Below, piece after piece: positions 32,506 to 41,657 of a stretch of DNA of 64,000 nt. Made by a program: the position numbers and the translations under genes. The notes below the pieces were generated by a model. That model saw only the letters and a program-made list of their open reading frames with translations, was not told where the DNA came from and searched no databases. Each line of letters opens with the position of its first letter. Position 1 is the first letter of the stretch. The DNA comes from an uncultured Acidobacteriota bacterium (GTDB lineage Bacteria; Acidobacteriota; Vicinamibacteria; Vicinamibacterales; Fen-181), in assembly GCA_963813585.1 (NCBI GenBank), contig CAWEZL010000001.1, positions 866,791-930,790 on the forward strand, given 5' to 3'.

Positions 32506-34190
32506 CGGATCTCCGACAGGCGCGCGAGCGTGACCGCGACGCGCGGCAGGTCGAGGGAACCGCGGTGCACGATGTACCGAGGCTCCCACCCGGTCGCGAA
32601 CTTCGCCTTGTAAGCCCGGATGCCGGCGTAGCGGAAGATGAAGGTCAGGCGCGTGAAGAACGCGTGGATCGCTCGCTCCTCCGTCGACGCGCTCTCGGCC
32701 GCGCCGAAGCCGGACAGCGGTGCCAGGCCGAAGGCGAACCGCTCGAAGCCGCGGTCGCGGCTGTCGAACAGCAGCCGGGCGAGGAGGAAGTCCATCACGC
32801 CGTGGGGCAGATCCTTGCGGTGCCGCATGAGATCGATGGTCGTCTCGCGCCCGACCGAGGACGGGATCACGTTCACGAAGGCCTGCGCGATCCCGTTCTT
32901 GTCCGCGACGACGTACACGGGGCAGTCGCGCAGGTAGTCGCGATCGAACCGTCCGAGGGTGAAGCCGCGCTCGCGGTGGCCCGGGGTCTGCAGCCACTCG
33001 TCGGACACGCGCTGCAGATCCGCGAGGAGGCCGTCGGAGAGCGGCGGGTCGTGGCGCCGGGCCTCATAGCCCAGGCGCCCGATCTTGTGCACGGCGCTGC
33101 GCAACCCCTTGTTCCCCGGGCCGTCGGTGTTGAAGGACCGGAGGTCCACGACCGCATCGTCCCCGAGCTTGAGCGTGGAAAGGCCGCACCGCCGGTAGTC
33201 GGGGACGAAGTCCGGCAGCGTCTGGTAGAAGGCGAAGCCCCAGCCGTTGTCGTCGCAGAACCGGGCGAACTGGCGAACCACCGGCTCGATCTCGCCGGCA
33301 GGGCCGACCGGGTCGCCCAGGACCAGCGCGAAGCCGCCGGCGCACCCGTAGGCCAGGAACGCCCGCCCGGACGCGCTGAAGAAGTACGACTTGTCGGGCC
33401 ACACCTTGAAGAAGTCGAGCGACGAGCGGCCGTGCTCGCGCACGATCGCGCCGGCGGCCGCGTGCTCGAGCGGCCGCGTCCGCAGGCGGTAGAGCACGGG
33501 GCGGAAGAGCAGCGAGGCCGCGTACACGACCATCACGGCCGTCATCAGCGCCAGCGAATCGAGGAACCAGGCGGCATGCCGGGTGTGGGCGACCAGGCGC
33601 GGGTCGGGCGACAGCGCCAGGCACGACAGGGTTTGCCGCAGGGCCTCGACCAGCGAGAAGTCGATCCCGAACTCACGGGGATCGAGCAGCCAGAACCCCG
33701 CGACGCCGTACCCGGTACCGACCGCGAGCGTGGCCGCGAGCCGCACCGCCGCCGCGCGCACGGCGGGCGCGCGGCTCCGCACCGTGAAGCGGCGCCAGCC
33801 GGCGGCGAGCAGCGCGAGGAGCGCCGCGGAGGCGAGCGCCTCCTCGTAGTCCACGCCTTTCGCCAGGTGCAGCGCGATGGAGAGGGATGCCAGCGCCGCC
33901 ACGGCCTGCGCCGCCCGCCTCTTGCGCCTGTACAGGTTCAGCGAGGACATCACCAGCGCGAAGCCGACGACCAGCGTCAGGAAGCGCGAGAGGGCGACGA
34001 ACTCGACGGGGATCAGGCCGTAGAGCACCGCGAGACGTTCCGGCAGCGCCGGGGAGGCCAGCAGGCAGAGGTTCGCCACCCCGCTCGCCAGCGTCGCGGC
34101 CGCGATCGCCGCGACGAGCGGCGTGCGGTGTCGCGGGGTGCCGCCGGTCGCGGCCTGGCCTGCCGTCGTCTCGCTGGCGAGGAGTGGCAT
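32502..34190 (-). CDS. Aminoacyl-phosphatidylglycerol synthase (MprF C-terminal half: TM segments plus DUF2156 domain)
   Basis: Met at 34190 (MPLLASETTAG). There are several TM helices. The DUF2156-type region reads HGRSSLDFFKVWPDKSYFFS...AFLAY...FAFYQT...DEWL...RGFTLGRFD...TIDLMRH...GVMDFLLARLL...FGLAPLSG...KAKFATGWEPRYIV. Confidence 0.8.
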   Translation of the reverse strand: MPLLASETTAGQAATGGTPRHRTPLVAAIAAATLASGVANLCLLASPALPERLAVLYGLIPVEFVALSRFLTLVVGFALVMSSLNLYRRKRRAAQAVAALASLSIALHLAKGVDYEEALASAALLALLAAGWRRFTVRSRAPAVRAAAVRLAATLAVGTGYGVAGFWLLDPREFGIDFSLVEALRQTLSCLALSPDPRLVAHTRHAAWFLDSLALMTAVMVVYAASLLFRPVLYRLRTRPLEHAAAGAIVREHGRSSLDFFKVWPDKSYFFSASGRAFLAYGCAGGFALVLGDPVGPAGEIEPVVRQFARFCDDNGWGFAFYQTLPDFVPDYRRCGLSTLKLGDDAVVDLRSFNTDGPGNKGLRSAVHKIGRLGYEARRHDPPLSDGLLADLQRVSDEWLQTPGHRERGFTLGRFDRDYLRDCPVYVVADKNGIAQAFVNVIPSSVGRETTIDLMRHRKDLPHGVMDFLLARLLFDSRDRGFERFAFGLAPLSGFGAAESASTEERAIHAFFTRLTFIFRYAGIRAYKAKFATGWEPRYIVHRGSLDLPRVAVTLARLSEIR

Positions 34191-34353
34191 CTGCGCTCCG
34201 GGCCGAGGATAGCACCGCCTCGGCTGGGCCTCGCGCGGATTAAGCCGAATTAACCTCCGGATCACGGTCCCTTCAGCCGTCGAGTCGTCCAATCGAATCA
34301 GATGACCGCGAGGCCATCGGGCGCAATGGGGCGCATGAACAAGGAGGTTCGAG

Positions 34354-34719
34354 ATGACGTCGTGGCTGAAGAAGGGGATCGTGCTGGCGGGGGTCCTGCT
34401 GCTCGGGGGCAGCGCGACCGCGCGGGCCAGCATCCAGGACGTGATGGTGGTGAAGGTCCCGTTCCCGTTCGTCGTCGAGGGGCGGACGCTGCCGGCCGGG
34501 CAGTACGTCGTCCAGCGCGACGACGGCGTGCCGTCGGTGCTGATGCTGAAGGGGGACAAGGGCAACCGGGCGTTCAGCTTCGTCGGGACCGAGCCCGCCG
34601 CGGGGCGCGACCCGGCCGGCGACAAGCCGGCGCTGTCCTTCGTCCACCGGGGCAACCAGTACCGCCTGTCGACGGTCTGGGAGGCCGGCGACCGGGGAGA
34701 GAGCGTGCCCGTTCAGTGA
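34354..34719 (+). CDS. Small secreted hypothetical protein
   Basis: Strong RBS aaggagg sits 6 nt before ATG 34354. Signal peptide IVLAGVLLLGGSATARA. The 121-aa ORF is intact. Confidence 0.7.
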   Translation: MTSWLKKGIVLAGVLLLGGSATARASIQDVMVVKVPFPFVVEGRTLPAGQYVVQRDDGVPSVLMLKGDKGNRAFSFVGTEPAAGRDPAGDKPALSFVHRGNQYRLSTVWEAGDRGESVPVQ

Positions 34720-34742
34720 GTCCCGTCAGCGGCCGCGGGGTT

Positions 34743-34771
34743 GGCGAAGCCCGGTCAGCCCGGGCTTCGCC
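34743..34771. terminator. 12-bp perfect GC-rich hairpin between convergent genes (possible bidirectional terminator)
   Basis: ggcgaagcccgg (34743-34754), loop tcagc, ccgggcttcgcc (34760-34771). There is no clear U-tract, and it overlaps the last codons of the YihY ORF. Confidence 0.4.
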
Positions 34772-35810
34772 GCTTCGTCAGCTCGCCGGAGAGCTGCCGC
34801 TCCCGAAAGGCCCGCGCCGCGCGCGCCCCGATGAGGAGCTTTCCTTGCGCGTTCTTCTGCCCTGGGGCTTTTCCGTGCGGAGATGCATGCTCGATTTCAG
34901 CGTTCAGTTCCGCGCCGGTCAGGAGGGCGATCCCTGACACGTAGAGCCAGAGCAGCACCATGATCACGCCCCCGACGGCGCCGTAGGAGCCTTCGTAGTC
35001 CGTGAAGTTGACCACGTAGAACTTGAAGAGGAGCGAAGCCAACAGCCACAGAACGGTTGCGACGAGGGCACCCGGCGTGATCCAGACCCAGTCCTGTTCC
35101 GCGTCCGGTCCGAAGTAGTAGATCAGCCCGATCCCCCCGGCTACGAGGGCAAACACCAGCGGCCACTGCAGGACCAGCCATGTCCACTCGAATGGAGTGC
35201 CCCAGCCAGTGCTGCGTCCCAGCTTCTCCGCGAGCGTCGGCCCGACAAGGATGAGGGACAGGGCGACCAGGACGATCAATGCGACACCGAGCGTGAGTCC
35301 GATGGCGACGAGTCGAACCTTCCACCAGGTGCGACCTTCCTCGACGTCGTAGGCGCGGTTGAGCGCGCCGACAATCGACACGATCGCCGAGGAACTACTC
35401 CACAACGCGCCGGCGACGCCGAACGTCAGCAGTCCGCTGTTCTCGTTGTTGGCGAGCCGACGCATCTGCTCCTGAATCAGTTCGAGAACTTGTGGCGAGA
35501 CGAACGGGCCGAGTGAGCGCCCGACATCGTCGGTGATGTTGGAGAGCGGAAAGAAGCTCGCGAGAGCGAGCAGGAACAGGATTGCCGGAAAGAGCGCGAG
35601 GAAGAAGTAGTACGACAGTTGCGCCGCCAGGCCAAGCACATCGTCATCGACCACCTCACGCCACGTGCGACGTGCCAGTCCAGGCCACGATGAGAGCGGT
35701 ACCCCCTCGAGCACACGATAGCGAAATGCAAACGCTGAACCGAGGAACGGGAGTCGAATGTCCCTGCCGAGCAGATGAGGTGCCGAGTCCTGCGCGCTGG
35801 TACGCAACAT
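34755..35810 (-). CDS. YihY/BrkB (virulence factor BrkB / 'RNase BN-like') family membrane protein
   Basis: Starting from Met 35810 (MLRTSAQ...), the sequence WREVVDDDVLGLAAQLSYYFFLALFPAILFLLAL...GALNRAYDVEE...YYFGPD...SYGAVGGVIMVLLWLYVSGIALLTGAELNAE is typical of the family. Visibly lower G+C than the flanking regions. Confidence 0.8.
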   Translation of the reverse strand: MLRTSAQDSAPHLLGRDIRLPFLGSAFAFRYRVLEGVPLSSWPGLARRTWREVVDDDVLGLAAQLSYYFFLALFPAILFLLALASFFPLSNITDDVGRSLGPFVSPQVLELIQEQMRRLANNENSGLLTFGVAGALWSSSSAIVSIVGALNRAYDVEEGRTWWKVRLVAIGLTLGVALIVLVALSLILVGPTLAEKLGRSTGWGTPFEWTWLVLQWPLVFALVAGGIGLIYYFGPDAEQDWVWITPGALVATVLWLLASLLFKFYVVNFTDYEGSYGAVGGVIMVLLWLYVSGIALLTGAELNAEIEHASPHGKAPGQKNAQGKLLIGARAARAFRERQLSGELTKRRSPG

Positions 35811-35819
35811 GCTGCTCTC

Positions 35820-35892
35820 GACAGCGCTATGGATGCGAGCGACAGCACCATGGATGCGAGCGACGGCACCATGGATGCGAGGCCGACAGCGC
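35820..35892. repeat. Three tandem 21-bp units (ATGGATGCGAGCGACRGCACC) in the divergent yihY-like/katE intergenic region
   Basis: Units at 35829-35849 and 35850-35870, with a diverged third unit from 35871. They fill more than half of the 124-bp spacer. Confidence 0.85.
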
Positions 35893-35934
35893 CGCACGAA
35901 CACAGCACCTCAGCCGAATTCTGACCAAGGGCAC

Positions 35935-38346
35935 ATGGCGAAATCATCGCGATCATCGAAGACGGTGAAGAGCAAGAGCACCGTGCGGAACAGCCGGGCG
36001 ACGATGAGCGGCCCCGCGGCGCCAGACGCGTCAGGCGTTGGCGATCTTGCCGCCGAGAAGGCCGCGGGCACACAGGATGTCGCGGCTGCATTTGCCTTCA
36101 ATCCGAATAAGGCCGCCGAATACGATTCCGACGCGGCGCTGGCGCCTCCCGAGGGCGCGTCCGTCAAGCCGGCTGATCCCATTGTGGGCGCGAGCACGGT
36201 CTCCGAGGTCAACGGATCGGACAAGGTCGGCAGTGGCGGTGCCAACATCGGCCAGGACCCTGCGGTCCGTCCTCTGGATCGCGTGCGCGTCGACTCGACC
36301 GATCGGGTGCTGACGACGAACCAGGGTGTCCCCGTCGCGGACAACCAGAGCTCGTTGAAGGCCGGGCTTCGCGGTCCGACGCTCCTCGAGGACTTCATTC
36401 TTCGCGAGAAGATCACCCACTTCGATCACGAGCGCATCCCCGAGCGGATCGTGCATGCGCGGGGCTCGGCTGCACACGGCTTCTTCGAGTGTACGAAGGC
36501 GATGTCCGAGTTCACTCGCGCCTCGCTCTTCGGCGAAGTGGGGAAGCAGACGCCCGTGTTCGTCCGCTTTTCGACCGTCCTGGGTGAACGAGGCTCCACC
36601 GATACCGCCAGGGACGTCCGGGGTTTCGCGGTGAAGTTCTACACGGACGAGGGCAACTGGGATCTCGTCGGCAACAACATGCCGGTCTTCTTCATCCAGG
36701 ACGCGATGAAGTTCCCGGACCTCGTGCATGCGGCCAAGCCCGAGCCGCACTTTGCCATGCCCCAGGCTGCCTCGGCGCACGATACCTTCTGGGACTTCGC
36801 ATCGCTGATGCCCGAGATCACCCACATGCTCATGTGGGTGATGTCCGACCGCGCGATTCCCCGCAGCTATCGGATGATGCAGGGCTTCGGCGTGCACACC
36901 TACCGCCTGGTCAACGCCCAGGGCGAGTCGCACTTCGTCAAGTTTCACTGGAATCCGAAGGGCGGCACCCATTCGCTGGTGTGGGACGAGGCGGTCAAGA
37001 TCTCCGGGGCCGATTCCGACTTTCACCGCCGCGATCTGTGGGAGGCGATCGAGGCCGGTGCGTATCCCGAGTGGGAGTTGGGTTTCCAGGTCTTCACGGA
37101 AGAACAGGCGGAGGCCTTCACGTTCGACGTGCTCGACGCCACGAAGATCGTCCCAGAGGAGCTCGTCCCGATTGTCCCCGTCGGTCGGATGGTCCTGAAC
37201 CGCAATCCCGACAACTTCTTCGCCGAGACCGAACAGGTGGCGTTCTGCGTCGCCCACGTGGTGCCCGGCGTCGATTTCTCGAACGATCCGCTGCTGGCCG
37301 GACGCATCCATTCGTACGTCGACACGCAGATTTCGCGGCTCGGCGGCCCAAACGTTCACGAGATCCCGATCAACGCGCCGATCGCGCAGGTGCACAACAA
37401 CCAGCGCGACGGGATGCATCGCCAGGCGATTCACCGCGGCCGCGTGTCGTACGAGCCGAACTCCCTGGGTGGCGGCTGTCCGTTCCAGGCGGGTGCGACG
37501 GGGTTTGTCTCGTTTCCCGAACCCCGTGAGGAGGGTGATCACAAGGTGCGAGGCAAGGCGGAGCGCTTTGCCGATCACTACACCCAGGCCACGTTGTTCT
37601 GGAACAGCCAATCCGACGTCGAGAAGCAACACATCATCAACGCGTTTCGCTTCGAACTGTCTCGCGTGCAGACGCCGGCAGTCCGCGAACGCATGGTGTC
37701 CGGCCTGCTCAACGTCGCGCGTGAGCTGGCGGAATCGGTCGCCGCGGGGCTGGGCATCCGAGAACTGCCGCCGCCGATGCCGAAGGTCATGACGAAGGAC
37801 ATCAGACCGGAAGTCCCGGTGTCGCCGGCCTTGTCGCTTCTCGCCCGGCCCGGCGACGGCAGCATCCGGACGCGACGGGTGGCCATCGTTGTGGCGGACG
37901 GGTGTGACGGCGACGCACTGAAGGCGCTGGCCGACCGGCTGACCGGCGAAGGCGCCGTGCCGCGCTTCGTCTCGACCACGCTCGGATCGGTGCAGCCGGC
38001 AACGGGAGACACGATTGAAGTCGACGTGAGCCTCGAGGCGGCACCGGCTGTTCTCTATGACGCGCTGGTGTTGCCGAACGGCACGGGAGCCGTCAATGCG
38101 CTCCGCGGGGACGGGCGAACCCTCGAGTTCATCAAGGACCAGTATCGACACTGCAAACCGATCCTCGCGCTGGGCGAGAGCAGCCAGTTGCTCCAAGCGT
38201 CCGGGATCGACACGACATTACCTGGCGGGCAGCCGGATCCGGGGTTGCTCGTCGCCCCGAACGCGGCAACGGTGACCGATGCCTTTGTCGCGGCGATAGC
38301 ACAGCATCGGCATTTCGGCCGAGAAGCCGACCCTCCCCGCGTCTGA
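35935..38346 (+). CDS. katE: Large-subunit (HPII-type, clade 2) heme catalase with a long N-terminal extension and a C-terminal DJ-1/PfpI-like domain
   Basis: [53 protein letters not shown] and RLFSY-like motifs are present. Total length is 803 aa and the ORF is intact. Confidence 0.9.
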   Translation: MAKSSRSSKTVKSKSTVRNSRATMSGPAAPDASGVGDLAAEKAAGTQDVAAAFAFNPNKAAEYDSDAALAPPEGASVKPADPIVGASTVSEVNGSDKVGSGGANIGQDPAVRPLDRVRVDSTDRVLTTNQGVPVADNQSSLKAGLRGPTLLEDFILREKITHFDHERIPERIVHARGSAAHGFFECTKAMSEFTRASLFGEVGKQTPVFVRFSTVLGERGSTDTARDVRGFAVKFYTDEGNWDLVGNNMPVFFIQDAMKFPDLVHAAKPEPHFAMPQAASAHDTFWDFASLMPEITHMLMWVMSDRAIPRSYRMMQGFGVHTYRLVNAQGESHFVKFHWNPKGGTHSLVWDEAVKISGADSDFHRRDLWEAIEAGAYPEWELGFQVFTEEQAEAFTFDVLDATKIVPEELVPIVPVGRMVLNRNPDNFFAETEQVAFCVAHVVPGVDFSNDPLLAGRIHSYVDTQISRLGGPNVHEIPINAPIAQVHNNQRDGMHRQAIHRGRVSYEPNSLGGGCPFQAGATGFVSFPEPREEGDHKVRGKAERFADHYTQATLFWNSQSDVEKQHIINAFRFELSRVQTPAVRERMVSGLLNVARELAESVAAGLGIRELPPPMPKVMTKDIRPEVPVSPALSLLARPGDGSIRTRRVAIVVADGCDGDALKALADRLTGEGAVPRFVSTTLGSVQPATGDTIEVDVSLEAAPAVLYDALVLPNGTGAVNALRGDGRTLEFIKDQYRHCKPILALGESSQLLQASGIDTTLPGGQPDPGLLVAPNAATVTDAFVAAIAQHRHFGREADPPRV

Positions 38347-38386
38347 GGGGATTGACATCCACAATCAACAGAAGGAGAAGACGACG

Positions 38387-38971
38387 ATGGCCGAAGCAGG
38401 CACGCTCCACGACGCATTCATTGACGAATTGCGCGACGCGTACGACGGGGAGAAACAGCTGACGAAGGCGCTGGCGAAACTGGCGAAGGCGGCGTCGAAC
38501 CCGAAACTGCGGCAGGCGTTCGAATTCCATCTCGAGGAGACGCGAGGCCAGGTCGAGCGGCTCGCGCAGGTGTTCGAGAGTCTCGACGAAAAGGTCCGCG
38601 GCAAGCACTGTGACGGCATCGCCGGCATCGTCGAAGAGGGCAAATCGATCATGGAAGAAAACTTCGATGACGCGACAATGGACGCGTGCCTGATTGCCGC
38701 AGGGCAGCGCGCCGAGCACTACGAGATGGCGGCCTACGGCACGCTGGTCGCGTGGGCGCAGGCGATGGGCCACACGGAAGAGGCGAAGCTTCTGCAGCAG
38801 ACGCTGGACGAAGAGAAGGCCGCCGACAAGAAGCTCACGGCCTTGGCGGAGGGCGGCATCAATCAACGCGCAGCCGACGCGGCGCATCCGGACGAGGAGC
38901 AGGATCCCGTCGGAGCAGGCGCGAGCGCGGGCCGGAAGGGTGCGGCGTCGGCAAGAACGGGGCGCCGGTAG
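38387..38971 (+). CDS. DUF892 (YciE/YciF-like) ferritin-like stress protein
   Basis: RBS gaaggag. FIDELRDAYDGEKQLTKALAKLAKAASNPKLRQAFEFHLEETRGQVERLAQVFE...QRAEHYEMAAYGTL is typical DUF892. Confidence 0.85.
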   Translation: MAEAGTLHDAFIDELRDAYDGEKQLTKALAKLAKAASNPKLRQAFEFHLEETRGQVERLAQVFESLDEKVRGKHCDGIAGIVEEGKSIMEENFDDATMDACLIAAGQRAEHYEMAAYGTLVAWAQAMGHTEEAKLLQQTLDEEKAADKKLTALAEGGINQRAADAAHPDEEQDPVGAGASAGRKGAASARTGRR

Positions 38972-39011
38972 CCATTGTGCTCGCCGGAGAGCTGGGGTTC
39001 GAGCCGGCGTC

Positions 39012-39167
39012 CGCGAGGGCGGCACTCGCGGGCGCGTCGCGATGCAGATGACGGGACACGAGACCCGGAGCCTGTTGGAGCGATATAATATCGCGAGGGC
39101 TGGCGACCGGGTCGAAAGTCCGACATTCGCAAGTCCTTGTGCGACAATTGTCAGCTCGATCCGGTGA
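39012..39167 (+). pseudogene. Remnant of a tyrosine recombinase/integrase C-terminus abutting tRNA-Ser
   Basis: RVAMQMTGHETRSLLERYNIARAGD resembles the conserved C-terminal integrase box (...VAMxLTGHKTRSVFDRYNIVSEGD...) containing the catalytic Tyr. No upstream integrase body is present. Confidence 0.5.
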
Positions 39168-39256
39168 GGTGGCCGAGAGGCTGAAGGCGGCGGTTTGCTA
39201 AACCGTTATACGGGCTAAAACCTGTATCCAGGGTTCGAATCCCTGCCTCACCGCCA
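39163..39256 (+). tRNA. tRNA-Ser (anticodon GCU), class II long variable arm, CCA encoded
   Basis: The acceptor stem GGTGAGG/CCTCACC pairs. The anticodon loop is TT-GCT-AA. A long variable arm (TATACGGGCTAAAACCTGTATC) is present. T-arm CAGGG-TTCGAAT-CCCTG. 3' end GCCA. Confidence 0.9.
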
Positions 39257-39408
39257 GCCTTCGCTCGCCTTCAGCGAGCTTCGGCTAGGCAAGCCAGCTA
39301 GCTGTAACTCACTGCAAGCGAACGCTGTTTCGCCGTAGCGGCGGCAGCCGCAGGCGGACAAGAACCTTCACGGCCGACAGGCCATCCGCCGCCGCTCGCG
39401 GCGCTGTC

Positions 39409-39648
39409 TCAATCCAATTTCTGGAGCTCCCTGTCGATCTCGTCGAGAGCCTGCTGGAGCATCGCCCGGTGACCGGGCTTGGTCGCCCGCGCCAGATCGG
39501 CCTGAGCCTTGGCCCGCTGCAGCAGCAGCGTCTGGCGTCGGGCCGTCCTGCTGCGCTCTTCCGCGCTCGCGTCGACGGGCTTCCCCTTGTCGCGGGCGTG
39601 CTCTTCCTGCTGCGATTCCACCGCTTTGCTCTCCCACCCTCTCGCCAT
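39409..39648 (-). CDS. Small conserved hypothetical protein (MARGWESK... family)
   Basis: 79-aa ORF in a non-overlapped position. The N-terminus MARGWESKAVESQQEE resembles a small protein I recall as widespread in high-G+C soil bacteria. Confidence 0.55.
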   Translation of the reverse strand: MARGWESKAVESQQEEHARDKGKPVDASAEERSRTARRQTLLLQRAKAQADLARATKPGHRAMLQQALDEIDRELQKLD

Positions 39649-39661
39649 CCGGGAATCCTAA

Positions 39662-41242
<1,581 letters not shown>

Positions 41243-41363
41243 TAGCGGACACGAGCACCTCCTCGGGTGGCACATCGGTTGCAGCCTCGGCCGGCGAACA
41301 GCGCAGTCAAAAAACGCCGGGCCTCCGGTGAGGCCTTTCGAAGACCAGCCGAGGAGGCCAGCC

Positions 41364-41588
41364 GTGGCAAAAGAGGATCGCGGATTTGCGTCGATGGACC
41401 GCGCGAAGCAGCGCGAGATCGCCAGCAAGGGCGGTAAGGCCGCCCATCAGAAGGGCACGGCGCACGAGTGGACGAGCGAGGAGGCGCGCGAGGCTGGTCG
41501 CAAGGGCGGCATGGCGAGCCACCGCCGCAGGCAGCAGGGCAGCGGTCAGGGTTCCGACTCGTCCGCCTCGGGCAACGAAGACCGCTAG
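41364..41588 (+). CDS. KGG-repeat general stress protein (YciG-like)
   Basis: GTG 41364 lies 6 nt after gaggagg. RGFASMDRAKQREIASKGGKAAHQKGTAHEWTSEEAREAGRKGG shows the KGG repeats. The listed ORF start at 41328 is also possible. Confidence 0.75.
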   Translation: MAKEDRGFASMDRAKQREIASKGGKAAHQKGTAHEWTSEEAREAGRKGGMASHRRRQQGSGQGSDSSASGNEDR

Positions 41589-41607
41589 GCCGAACTCATC
41601 CCGGCAC

Positions 41608-41646
41608 GGGGTCAGATTCAGAACCCGCCCATCACGATCTGACCCC
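41608..41646. repeat. Hairpin GGGGTCAGAT-N19-ATCTGACCCC between convergent genes (family C-like stem; possible terminator)
   Basis: 10-bp perfect stem read directly. The stem sequence is related to the GGGGTCAGGT...ACCTGACCCC REPs. Confidence 0.6.
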
Positions 41647-41657
41647 ACGGGTTCACA

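Noticed and set aside
34190-34655. N-terminal 155-aa extension of the MprF-like ORF (listed start 34655)
   Set aside because: The extension is antisense to the well-supported small secreted gene 34354..34719, which has a strong RBS, and it has no MprF similarity. Met 34190 gives a sensible N-terminus.
38132-39025. 297-aa minus-strand ORF overlapping the DUF892 gene and the katE 3' end
   Set aside because: It is antisense to two genes with strong family signatures and good RBSs, and it has no motifs of its own.
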